DNA of 64,000 bases from an uncultured virus (IMG/VR IMGVR_UViG_3300000228_000008) (lineage: Duplodnaviria > Heunggongvirae > Uroviricota > Caudoviricetes), in IMG/VR virus record IMGVR_UViG_3300000228_000008. One strand, given 5' to 3'. This document shows positions 31,001 to 35,113 of this stretch, one piece after another; the first letter of the stretch is position 1; each line of letters opens with the position of its first letter. The notes below the pieces were generated by a model. That model did not search any database and was not told the DNA's origin. It saw nothing but the letters and a program-made list of their open reading frames with translations. The position numbers were made by a program, and so were the translations under genes.

Positions 31001-33130
31001 AATACTGGAGATCTTCCAAGCGGTAATGGAGTAGGTCTAGGCAATGGTTTAATGATAGATGATACAGGACTAACTAAAGAATGGAATGCTGCAAAGTCTG
31101 GTGTTCCTTTAAACAGCCAAAAAGTTATAAATACTACAGATGCTGTTGCTAAGCTACAAAAGGGTGAGGATATTAGAACACCTATACTATCTGAAGGACT
31201 TGATATTAATAAAATAGCAGAAAAATTTACACCTGTATTATCTACTGAACAAACAATGATTCCTAAAAATCCTTTAATTACAAGTTCTGAAACAGATTTA
31301 CAGGATGAGATTAAGGGTTTAGTTGGACCTAGAGATGCAGCAGCATTATCTGCTAGAAATATAAAATCTGATATCGAAAAATATAAATTAACGTATACCA
31401 CAAGTCCTGAAGAGGCAGAAGCAAAAAAAAGCAAAATAACCATGCTTGAAGAAGCATTAAAGGCAAGAACTGCTAGTATATACGATTATGAAGCACAACT
31501 TAATAAGCCAACAACTTCTTTAATAGCTAAACAATTTGACGCTACAACCATGGGAGTTAAAGCAAATAGACCTGAGCATAGATGGAGTGATATAAAAGGG
31601 CCTGTTATTATGACGGCTAAAGGTTTTGTACCTGATAATTTAAATAGAGGTCCAGATATTCTAACAGAGATGCGAGACAGGGCTGCTTTTGTTAGTAAGG
31701 ATAGCCCTGAAAAATCTGCGTATCTTGCAAAGTTAAAGCCTGAAGAAAGAGCTGCTTTTTTGAAAAGTTCAGAAATAGCTTTAAGAAACACACAAACATT
31801 AATAGATGCCGGTGGTTTAAAAACAGTAGTAACTAATCAAAATGCTAATTTTATGATGGGACAGGCTAAAGAGAATTATTTGAAGACTTTTGAGTTTTAC
31901 GCTGATAAAAACAGTAGTGATATTAAAGCAGCAATGATTGCAAAACATGGGTCTGATACTTATGAAAAAATGGCGTCTATGAGAGCTTTTAATACTGATA
32001 AAAAAGACGCCAGTACCGCAGCCGCCTTTGAGGCCGCAAAAAATAATCCGGAGCTACGTAAAAGACTTTTCGGCGGTCTGCCAGATAGCATGACTTTGAC
32101 TAAAGAAGTACAAGAACTAATACGACAACTTAAAGAGAAACAAGATAAAAACAATAAAGAAACTATAACCAGGAATAATGACAACCCTAATACTTCTTCT
32201 GTTTATGACGAGCTGAACAATTTAAGTAGACAAGTTAAACATAACGGCGGGATGGCACATAAATCAGGTTCTTACTTTTTGGAAGGTGGTGAAGTTATTC
32301 TACCAAAAGGTTTCGCAGAAGGTGGAAATGTAACCTCAGAAAGTTTAATTTCAAGACAAACAGGTACTGGACAGGGTGTTGAAATTACTGGTTTAGATTC
32401 TTTTGACAGAATTGTTAAAACTTTAGAAAAATCTTTAGATAAATTAACAAATATTAAAATAGAAGGTATTGATAAACTAACCGATATAAAGATAGAAGGA
32501 TTAAGTGAATTAAAAAATATCCAAATAGATGGTATTGAAAGTCTAAAAAATATTCAAATAGAAGGTGTTGAAAGTCTAAAAAATATCCAAATAGAAGGTG
32601 TTGAAAGTCTAAAAAATATCCAAATAGAAGGTGTTGATAAACTAACTAATATAAAGATAGAAGGTATTGAAAGTCTAAAAAATATTCAAATAGAAGGTGT
32701 TGAAAAATTAACTAATATAAAAGTAGAGGGAGCTGATCAGTTACGTGATATTAATATTATAGGTATTGATGAATTAAAGGATGTTTCCGTTAAGTCTAGT
32801 GCAGTAGGTGCTGATAGTAGTGACATGTTAGCTGACGCTTTAAAAGACTTCGATAGTAGAGTAATTAATCTAGAACGTGGCTCTGAAGATCAGGTTTCTA
32901 TAATAAAATCTATGATTGATGAAGCTATTGCTAGTACTCCTACTAAAGATATGGATACTAGATCTGATATTGATGATCTTAGAAAAAATTTTATGACTAC
33001 AAGTTCAGAGGTGTCTAATTTACATTCTTCTATGAAGAGACTAACACAGGAAATATCAGAATCTATGAGTAATTTTCAGAGTAAACAAAATACACTTATG
33101 ACTCATGTATATTCAATAAAGAGAGTTTAA
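10079..33130 (+). CDS. Giant tape measure protein fused to a single-chain two-barrel (beta + beta-prime-like) RNA polymerase, 7683 aa
   Basis: TTG start with GGAGG at 10066-10070; tape-measure core at about 20330-21320; RNAP motifs at 13530-17680 including DFDGD at 16901-16915; canonical tape measure position in the gene order. Confidence 0.88.
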   Translation: MAGSSEHIIKIQSQTDNTNNSGTKSKLDTSSIGSGIEESIGTSIRRQLEEGLSKAFSNIFVNYKDQPKSADSLTYTLAKDIKDAVASIVVKNATSASPVDSKAIQVEIASAIKDTVSSKLNDYFKTIPKPKGPIDNDRVVHTVASKVSSYDTSEISKILQAFSALSKDLAHIPDLIAELKKEKSKDAPDVSKITSLTENIISKASDVKDSYKVLRPAIKKLDDTNTTGTVDKLSGMNNALTRLVKKLSDKEVVVKVSADVSQAEKEIKSIEVGKSNIVVTADTTKVENQMAKLLGQDIMSLSIDLEKDEIPAIYNRITALKSKISDLNEQGISLGIDTKALQELQNRLTKIVQGFDYVKGSLGKEQYNKISELNKLPSREDTVKLPAVNRSGVEARRDILEKRIAELESTRVSMNSVVDRKESSYITNDKSKVSDVLTIENDFAKLGKVPDIKASLSNQDFGKLVKSDRSATTLQDITSIEALIKDFNTSISKLSTEIPTQDNAKLIQSLDKNTAALDQSKLADAVDKFKTEASKSQYALASAEKAIGIKYAERFIQPAGVYTAPDKVTNEYELKVYDNMSKLASSLDNLQKTIYTRVSEGLKSQPGKQQFTDWKVVENEGSGNVHNRAFNLRGKDWAMDIVDMKKLRSLTGQQEGTPKELLKLYTDKLSTNLLKEKDQTPSSVKLELAEWFRSNIKSGGVQSLSSDVRDTVGRDVLDQLDVSSIGSYSAEDLSKVFDKTSRESLKSIYSKTVGFSKIEEALSDVKRTISVPAAKLTNTGSTVLETQYGSNRSTLQLAEYKTGYERAFEGYIKNMETVFNKLPENQKETFKSASSPEIVMLAKAVRTFGFNKSERDIIPETDKTYEDVSKILLKGATLKDGAPSKEAVVDIYKKALVPVSIEKQRVTKGTSKEISAKEEYVDLSKQVDQALSSTESIDDFMASMSSMGLSATKVIKSLDSLNFSNVYDTIDRATAPKIDKIVGNIATSSGAIGDFEKTIASLEGMMPIVEQNAPRRGMHQGDTVSAVFNYSKAFDLPSNASSNLLTDAGKNIFNEQKSLEDQQFSSSNEAKKAFITDFNRRTNELFYESANLPAMEEVSKETSYRKALLNTNNNNQLTSLGLPESPASNLEVTPGSLNRSGLTVPMYTGNLREIAPFSLEYQQTGRNISGISSAKSFDTGLFGKSQGISSEFPKLRSESEDKVIQAGRFGKSGIGYNVLAELRHTAGTFEDQILVSGKLADAATTAVRKLVRPKASAGKASAINEGPLKDSDIEEVSGNIMSIMGIDEKYKRRPDKAFIKDVRTEVSTNRGSSLEVQTAKLAELFFNHFGRKLTTRYGSKGVSVTPTSPSTLGDILSQNQGSSVKVLTEEAQKKAGLGVAFMPKSMGDLSADILNQQDEVTKNRISSDIGMNVSDLAKELQESGNKFILDIFTDVSKGLVTEEEAIKNTMVFDKAKKAFASLDIDLENNIKGIETIKSAHTGDKTIAKAIDVRISSYGAAKRGLQTEPLEIIANNLAGSSNKTVLKNTIDDKNTGLISGKSGGLFSKYSKSLGFSGADKTDEELYKQISSMYSEDKLKDKDVQEAIKAMIELEKKSNYYVEVVDELNKRRKSLVGDKFLSIVEEPTQTEEWSKGAIESLNKGIKLNIPAYAAYTSIFGEDSAFMKDVNENFTDKQAEHYDNILTYLVNSNKDYQNKVLSSISSIDLKDLKSVNKDTIKTFNEGDPGSLLGSIFDTDAFPASYKTIIPSTKGKEEAGEELYIPRSISRTTYSDPMRAGAYGIKKTGSKLQDVIDKSRSLKAFYEKDPEYLLETDIAGMAGAFGSTTAKSLSPFFGKTTSGGSTGIEKADNEEAFNKLNQVKKDLLNLLLKFEEQDVLSKDSGSLNKSVQKFYNGPRNTSGKFDLQDASESSFVKYLSTPEGFNSPTALAAMKNMLIGTGKANEVDTSVLAKATDNKTKLSVMQGITKAVGDEGSMFSYGIGSSQEEKYNNQVKKRQESLEKAKEDYAYAIKNSLIGKKGSVARTFFTRNIPAVLAKGVTATVDKTEDLTLFSESLKDISGLDLTSEIGKIESLTSEHAANVAKYKEIGMPVLKQHELGISSKLAEKLKVNFTKKYDETSGMPLGVLQGETSGSLKDLISYSDKLKETANKHTDPKHRENINEYIEKEVAPYVESVRFPFTGTSSVKPYKAKLMNTAGGIGDDSLIVPGTPEMDMGAFEEVYNSLKDKIKTLSSERESARIVGDDTKADSLTATIDKLNEAISAVLPKYVAHAQKLDFDGDQIEVHTAKTSEARNDIYKHFKMLTTDIDSTAGKFSDFYSYDAKQPSQGELPLSFMSKAFSKKFDSSKGYSFLDKPFTTEDLSYLSPKEKISILASKEQDLNMASGGESVSRVMRDVYEKVGVKFDDSVIRNIEDLGEASAEAVAQIGQIKDLKIKSFIEGNIREELSNIKLDTAVNAQLFKINTGTDVESMTKLMRAYESKIGYDESGEVNYATKPDSGKLDQGFVTRERNTQLNEFFRFAVQKGMDVKHAGERPIAGELVKGVTTGNVGLSSLLQNLEKNKSYADLKTFKNINEESLRNTFGKFSTTDLKEQAISSGITQKDISGISREDLINSLVKKLGFEGFLVDLQQTIEQQAIKGMQATSDKPLSPQEAYKKLQKNYERGNSINVGRLITNVQDPLYKFRSSGASVDKDFDEQFTSALGSIKDTYGGKGAYSELVRNFASLNKTSIDKNVFNEAKATLYNTPKESFLTGEVSMNSVKDFIGGMENTLGLAPLSERKQAGILTSPEHVANLQNTSIIFDENEKVKAEKYNDRLGNFELLKARLDRIESLATFEETQIQPKVRPDISVNTTREEITKASIGVPKDTEAPLQLQELSNKLIPPSTQSSDIGMPPISPTLPPKPPTIEGDLSSKSGGVIPVYLEGMNSSLIFPVKLIGQLLESANIINKQQQSFEGFKSEDSDIPNIKETVDKFKTTEEQRKTASARAQTLEPYAGHGPNAELANLKLLRTASKSLYEARGMDFNNEAKKLTQEAQDYISSAKDIGGIDVSEFLKYTQNARIMNQQDENQGMSGQDISTAWRLYKDAVIEYLVKKAEDAEEAYQSVSGMGGSEEASAYDKFATSVNAIQKRIIADTGKRSDIYTANKVWAFPDIAKAAGVYQSPIDIQRKSNRDLGGDDDPDSELLRKVFDNITNDLSGKSRGGILAPQDKARSAIKELTEMNEETVALMNNGRLLERLGPEIAEAWDFKAAAERITRLRSALELFKQFNVSDTPLSVEKKNLEDTIKLLKDAENKLSKADMGNKTKVGGSGVWGDTGVIAVPKWADPKMQSDMHKRNISKLREYYTTPESEGGAKIGERYAYDTKVFDDVGKPVENQRTLFHKFSETVDSAGQKIGLFSTKQEDLAASLAGTNRGFIGAIERAVKWGAASTVVYGGVTKLKEAVDTVAEIETGMAQLKMVMPSVGTDFEGMQQSATSMAKKYGAPTTGVLDSMVLYAQQGLSQSDVVERTETSMLAGNVTTLNAKEATEALTAAMKVFRAEGENSIRFLDSWSEVEAKHAITSGDMAQAIMKAAAAASTAGINFDQLNGIVAAIGSVTRQSGKEVGTSLRFIMRRLSSEKGPDYLAKLNIPTITGEGELRGGFDILSNLADKWKELNSAQKMAVAQAIGGTRQYNSLLVLMDNWQEALDGVHHSMNAQGSATRRNSEIMQTYSKQVEQTKASFVELQTAFGKVAFPIAKLGLQGMKALAETISAIPTSFKVASVAALGLFTYLSQGAKVLNTISDFFSGGAPVMGGLISSIKDELKTASFEILGAGSLDDSSRGLKTIIGSKVEGRDQGKSIRDFESGLGKAAYLLVSAGKSFNDTVGGGLQGTGKAGQSIGQATVRGSSWLSSVVSSLGGGNYGNGEDVTYKDLVGGAASKYSKSEGVKGAFAAGGLKGFGKLASNFVGVATEVAGLGGAAAGIFVDEFSKKLGAGGDMFKAWAEDNTGVVKAVAPMLLTIGLLTPALKALGKEFMDTTRSSHDFANSMYGLIEKDETSLSQIRDTKKYYGDLQKKVKNISDSESPETKSRQKYLGTYTHPLTALTEVQTESLKLGDTIAKSNINMISGYDNLGNAILRTTDNYKTLLDTFERSKIRDIASKDSQVVAKHIEALTKTDGAEGWKSELKDLTKEIPVIGEMISNQISVSPAKSLEILTGKLNNLVSRKNASPMSTIYDDDITNLQGKLSKVKDSFNHTYSEFKRTLAEIPTAGLGRDEIANIFSADSLKAGYKLMLEVEPEFNVKGVKEKITQGDVLGAEVMRRVFPENSLMGATKELSIANAESKGLASRQGKVLSGDLVTFTDDVTDKFNMSGKQAVVKLKETSDGIFEWVATYFNTKTLKIEDRKFDSNLQDLVENILPTKAIEQDMSDRIEALSTFVTGASAGLVGIAKKGFKSDFNLGERFFSDISTSTLIQGDKGFNPLEGFGESKLQTGWADDFEKYYNKPLQEYKTSLEELEKMHLEGLDAGSTEMSTSLYESLVKLQNILKNNQVVLQYRAVFADLTKTMDANTRAIKENIAIEKTRSSLSKETGGLLKGKDISLANIDLGKYNKSELTAQERLLLKDDTFSGKANKLKELDIKKTGTAEQLYAIERSKVALDSIKELSAGFGTSLSTDDLSKYTETVAKTGDLGIAELKIDTSNTAENTAKTVDKLDEILSNLEDKSGAKDMESSFKDALDFILPSLNITKNERLGEALDRVASIRNESVSSGDNATTIKANAALDSLTKQLVDSMGLEGAVNKVNSGVFGSGDFKGEELVQRAFGGLDFKTLSSEMKSKMPDETSWFGLFSKKGTPSFDKTTEEVQLLQEENRASAKNNSLFSSKNLAGAATGFGVYQAFNTNFSNKKIEAYEKEIAALKERENEIGFVEYGPQMSALTSAKAEEEKKARMYGTMRYAAGGASGSMLLARNLGMSEDNIKRLGAGGAALGVYGAAKLQQGMTGDDLPPIVKDFGKEVTIFFDTMKNSSGGFFSKIFKEGPATSRFKGASEDFMKQFAEETLDLKATPSETAKDRDEKYNAASDAFTKTKDDFMFDAEWKAKELKRTIENPNADLRSKTSESVGQMSEDAKNKLAALKEYLKTYSQDTIKSAEDKMARGQENNLGEEASQVFEGVKVKSKEAYSEYKDKFTEASDFAGKTKDYASEMSLGALDALVEALLKNTEAVNNNTSTEGGKAFGGFVQRFADGGTVKQIMPGSGDKQPSLLTAGEEVLTAEQHKKLKPFLDIKILNPKPMDGGFSSGGTTVGKTAAKKLPGLGTAIAAASATGRVMAGDYLGAGLEMASGLVSNVPVLGTAASFILDGALLGNDLLSNKTPSLEDIRNTKSGLQDRFNEVIARRSGRGFATGGLLGQGPLKERIVGLSGKGKLALLAGALGTASLFGDSEEEKNYATGGFIYTGLKGLGKLSISGLSLGAAGLFGVGKGLKSLFSSNLSKKTYKKVSESPVFANNIDGIYDNYNKFKENSPKLYEAIATGTMGTLGLSAANNIYNYEKDEDIYGNYNAHGGLINSFAGGGYTTGLIAGPGTGTSDSIPMSDVPEGSFIVPSKYAQKAKDQIELASGGRATSNIKVSNGEYFIAPEDASEIGEENLKKLQHGQKTNFSNGGIIKRFAEGGTVTSAPDSVIAIDQESINRLAQASAAAAAFTFSRYASEKTADKTRAVDLSNMAEGENTAIYEAIMTNSEAAQKVYSDLNVPQTSDNTSEVETEEVSKVLDTNKEYNKILEEQRNIEKSLIAEHNTYNEEISKLKEEMHKVEIAEKFAMEIEAMNKAIKDNQIAENFKRSLKIGTGAFEGFNGPRDIDLTTKGVTDLNSMELLQLVGKRKKDQQDWYKPSTYINPVKNFGLRMVNYVNPEDTYNNKYRGQNVLKEYGKLEDKKTMYTSVMNNALQNRSQAADEDTYDKWNKVLEDTKDNLEKVVSKQDGYSVALREQARATDKAMHTLTRFKEATITVSNIKTEANYGFNNRGMGNRLRGAISDISLLPSGVEDLNNQQYAHMQAGTTMRGTITQHKVNTELYNQLMQEVKIIEADKAKRESDRVATSDRGWFFKDNEPQKIDNDIANFDKRATDAKEKLEGVGRALELTSQKISNFYAVTDAAKSFETSINAVKSSMYSAAKGAEGLQTKLNNMYGGSGAFAPQLVDINQRQEAAKYSVKLELGKSNQFDVEKANLLKTINGPGDYQTRYDAWTAYANLNKKKEDYIKNEELLKNSQKVRESVQPGQDYLTAISIARTKINERLLSNEYPSDEARQEDTKSLAVLDKGFEAMLAKLESVASSNTPATDLDLSNMRDIIANITKGVGGATVKDLEESKGLSENPIVNGIQTQTKELLEGLINKNDLEEIKKLLHVEESPSTFSTVAKWFKPRETGPERIGPWADELASGGSVGRIISGPGTGTSDSINMAVPSGSFIIKAKYAQAAKNALNTFADGGQVPIKVSNGELLLAPAEVQNIGGTKVAEAFNSGNFTTKGYATGGSISKKLEDEFPFADQYHGEPDKPLETPMFDPVDLLPIAGFSGILKAIAGKATTLLPKITSKSAVSYAGSYLDEARGIMGTNLDVSKYTKDILNNDKVLQGVLEKGRSLYGADSSLTQIVTRSGAVTLKNMAESTIAPNVLLPKTPPAFKLEGYLQEAQRIMGTNLDVSKYTKEIVSNEEIYKAVLNRGKSLYGGDVSLPNIVTRQGAVNLKNMVDDISVKGYAVGGQVLSKDEIREKLQKRVLGPTKDDLTLDALADVITKNQSLLGYVKSFDVSSAKDYGKSETAIVNARRSIDDPNTKLWFNENYVQAANVHKISSIYGDTDKAKLEGVVARGVGHIAAGSLRKDNPEKYALWMDKLGGIASSRLTEYAAKARTSFDEGEEDIPRDEVALAEIFRLHNASGSKKSFMDLDPAKAIAMYYPELKTDEDDLSVNGVDLGNGLMMSTPGKDRDQLRKQLINTGDLPSGNGVGLGNGLMIDDTGLTKEWNAAKSGVPLNSQKVINTTDAVAKLQKGEDIRTPILSEGLDINKIAEKFTPVLSTEQTMIPKNPLITSSETDLQDEIKGLVGPRDAAALSARNIKSDIEKYKLTYTTSPEEAEAKKSKITMLEEALKARTASIYDYEAQLNKPTTSLIAKQFDATTMGVKANRPEHRWSDIKGPVIMTAKGFVPDNLNRGPDILTEMRDRAAFVSKDSPEKSAYLAKLKPEERAAFLKSSEIALRNTQTLIDAGGLKTVVTNQNANFMMGQAKENYLKTFEFYADKNSSDIKAAMIAKHGSDTYEKMASMRAFNTDKKDASTAAAFEAAKNNPELRKRLFGGLPDSMTLTKEVQELIRQLKEKQDKNNKETITRNNDNPNTSSVYDELNNLSRQVKHNGGMAHKSGSYFLEGGEVILPKGFAEGGNVTSESLISRQTGTGQGVEITGLDSFDRIVKTLEKSLDKLTNIKIEGIDKLTDIKIEGLSELKNIQIDGIESLKNIQIEGVESLKNIQIEGVESLKNIQIEGVDKLTNIKIEGIESLKNIQIEGVEKLTNIKVEGADQLRDINIIGIDELKDVSVKSSAVGADSSDMLADALKDFDSRVINLERGSEDQVSIIKSMIDEAIASTPTKDMDTRSDIDDLRKNFMTTSSEVSNLHSSMKRLTQEISESMSNFQSKQNTLMTHVYSIKRV
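13530..15050 (+). other. RNA polymerase beta-like region within the giant ORF
   Basis: EIAPFSLEYQQTGRN; GYNVLAELRHTAGTFEDQILVS (13721-13786, cf. RpoB [23 protein letters not shown]); GRKLTTRYGSKGV (14066-14104, cf. GDKMAGRHGNKGV); IDVRISSYGAAKRGLQTEPLE (14546-14608, cf. [21 protein letters not shown]); GIKLNIPAYAAY (cf. GQRFGEMEVWAL); all in RpoB order. Confidence 0.85.
15350..17680 (+). other. RNA polymerase beta-prime-like region with the catalytic aspartate triad
   Basis: LIGKKGSVARTFFTRNI (16115, cf. RpoC IKGKQGRFRQNLLGKRV); PVLKQHELGISSKLA (cf. PYLRLHQCGLPKKMA); RFP (16601, cf. RAP); KLDFDGDQIEVH (DFDGD at 16901-16915, cf. NADFDGDQMAVH); possible trigger loop QKGMDVKHAG (17642-17671). 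Confidence 0.88.
20330..21320 (+). other. Tape measure core domain (TP901/PhageMin_Tail-like)
   Basis: AKKYGAPTTGVLDSMVLYAQQG...ATEALTAAMKVF...GINFDQLNGIVAAIGSVTRQSGKEVGTSLRFIMRRL...DILSNLADKWKELNSAQKMAVAQAIGGTRQYNSLLVLMDNW. Confidence 0.88.
29831..30262 (+). repeat. Internal 61-aa duplication in the giant ORF (29831-30013 and 30080-30262)
   Basis: YL(D/Q)EA..IMGTNLDVSKYTK.I..N......VL..G.SLYG.D.SL..IVTR.GAV.LKNM occurs twice. Confidence 0.9.
32438..32785 (+). repeat. 33-bp / 11-aa coding tandem repeat, about 10.5 copies (ESLKNIQIEGV / DKLTNIKIEGI)
   Basis: Directly visible in both DNA and translation near the C-terminus of the giant ORF. Confidence 0.95.
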
Positions 33131-33131
33131 T

Positions 33132-35111
33132 ATGGTATGGGATTCTTTTCAAGTTATTCAGTCACTAGACGGTGTAAGCGGATCAGATAGTGTAGCAGAA
33201 GACGTTTTAAGTTCTTTTGGTATATCTTTTGTTGGTAGTGCTGGAGGATATTTAAACAATGTTGATATAAAAAGAGCTGATGCCTTTTCGTCACTAAAAG
33301 CTTCTTTATTAGAAGAGTATGCTAAACAAAGTGGTTCATCCTTAATTGAAGTTAGGATAAATGAGGATGGAGAAGCAGAATTTTATGAGGTTGGTGGTGA
33401 TAGTGCTGATATAGATCCTTACTACACAATTATGGCTAGTAGTTATGTAAGACCTAAAGTAGGTGTTTCTGTTACTGGTGCAAAACCACAGCAAGAACGT
33501 ATTATATATGATTGGTATCCAGTTATTGGAGGAGATGGTAATTATACTATATATGATACAACGCAGCTAGCATCTACTTGTTATATCAGTAATTTTACAA
33601 CACATGCAACCATCACTTATGAAGACCCATTAAGAAATACACAAGGAGGTAACTGGAATAATGGTATACAGGATATATTCGAGTTAGACACTCCTTTTGA
33701 TAGGTTTATTGGGTTTTCATGGAGGATAACACCTCCATCAAATTTAGTAACACCCTTTACTAAAATATATTCACAAAGCCAGTCTTCAATACCTGTTTTA
33801 TTAACTGACCCCGGATCAAGTATTGCTGGGTCCCCTCCTAATATTGGTACTTTACTTAGAAGAAAAGTAATAGCGGCTAATGATTCGTCAATAAGCGATT
33901 GCTTCATGTTTGACACTGTTGAAGGGTCTTGTTCGTCATCATCAGTTCCTTTAACTTTACTGTCAATTGAAGGACTAACTTATGAAACACTTCGAGGTAC
34001 TACAGTTAGTAAATTTTTAGGTGTTCAGGGAGTATATGCAATAGGGATACCACTTAATGGTTGTATGGGCTTTCCAAGAGATGATCAATCTGCATTGTTA
34101 GATAATGTTACAGGTAATACAGCACTTTGTGTGCAGGCCTATTCAACCAATAGAGCTGTAGTGAAGTTAAATGAAAGTATTCATTTTGCTGTGTTGTTCA
34201 GTGCTGAGGAAGGTAATGTTGATGGACTACCTTGTATTCAATTTGCTAATAATTTAAGATATAACGATTATGCCGCTGTAGGTACGGATGTAGAATTTTT
34301 TATAGATGTTCATAATAGTGATTTACTAAATATGTTTGAGTTAAGTAACCCAGCAAGGGGCACAATATTACCTTTAGAAAACAATAATGGTGTTTTAATT
34401 GAACAAGTTTGGGCTCAAGTAGGTTTAGAGACACCTTGTTTTGTAGTAATTGATCCAGTAGGTAATGCTGTAGAAATAGCTAAAGGCCTAACAGTTGAGG
34501 TTTTAGCTATGGCTTTACGCGATTTACCTTCACCTATAGCTATAAATGGTACACTTGTTGATCAGACAGATGGTATTATAGACAGTGATCCAACAACAAC
34601 ACAAGACTTAGCACACACTGCAATGGAAGAGGCTTTATTAGAGATGAGTTCAGGAAGAACTATAAGTTTAACTATGGCTTCTTTATCTGAAGGTGAAACT
34701 GTAAGGTTATCAGAAAAATTATATACCTTATTATCAAAAGACAATGGTAAGGTATACAGCCATACGTGCCCACCTACGGATGAGCCAAGAGTAGGAGAAC
34801 GCGGAGATAGGGGTGGTATAATTAATGTAATTGAATATTCCTATACAGATGAGGGTTCTTATCTTATAAATGTTACTGAAGGTCCTGAATATTTTGGAGA
34901 TTTTTCTGGTATAGACGGAGGAATTCATTATAAACAAACAGAAGATGTATCTACTAAAGGTACCATTATACAGGATTTAGGTAATCATGTACAGTATTTA
35001 GTACATGTTGATGGTTACGGTCCAATTTTAGCTATAAATGGTTGTGCTAGTGTGTTGGCAGTTAGAGATAGAGTATCAATCAGAATACATAATAATGCTG
35101 TGGAGAGTTAA
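33132..35111 (+). CDS. Putative baseplate hub / tail tip protein
   Basis: 659-aa acidic beta-rich ORF immediately after the tape measure; OB-fold-like C-terminal pattern. Confidence 0.5.
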   Translation: MVWDSFQVIQSLDGVSGSDSVAEDVLSSFGISFVGSAGGYLNNVDIKRADAFSSLKASLLEEYAKQSGSSLIEVRINEDGEAEFYEVGGDSADIDPYYTIMASSYVRPKVGVSVTGAKPQQERIIYDWYPVIGGDGNYTIYDTTQLASTCYISNFTTHATITYEDPLRNTQGGNWNNGIQDIFELDTPFDRFIGFSWRITPPSNLVTPFTKIYSQSQSSIPVLLTDPGSSIAGSPPNIGTLLRRKVIAANDSSISDCFMFDTVEGSCSSSSVPLTLLSIEGLTYETLRGTTVSKFLGVQGVYAIGIPLNGCMGFPRDDQSALLDNVTGNTALCVQAYSTNRAVVKLNESIHFAVLFSAEEGNVDGLPCIQFANNLRYNDYAAVGTDVEFFIDVHNSDLLNMFELSNPARGTILPLENNNGVLIEQVWAQVGLETPCFVVIDPVGNAVEIAKGLTVEVLAMALRDLPSPIAINGTLVDQTDGIIDSDPTTTQDLAHTAMEEALLEMSSGRTISLTMASLSEGETVRLSEKLYTLLSKDNGKVYSHTCPPTDEPRVGERGDRGGIINVIEYSYTDEGSYLINVTEGPEYFGDFSGIDGGIHYKQTEDVSTKGTIIQDLGNHVQYLVHVDGYGPILAINGCASVLAVRDRVSIRIHNNAVES

Positions 35112-35113
35112 AC

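Noticed and set aside
12862..32184. Numerous minus-strand ORFs of 60-170 aa opposite the giant ORF and other genes
   Set aside because: They lie fully antisense to long + strand genes, with Ser/Leu/Phe-rich shadow composition and no RBS or recognisable motifs
32438..32785. CRISPR-like 33-bp periodic array
   Set aside because: Coding tandem repeat with codon-position variation and no repeat-spacer structure
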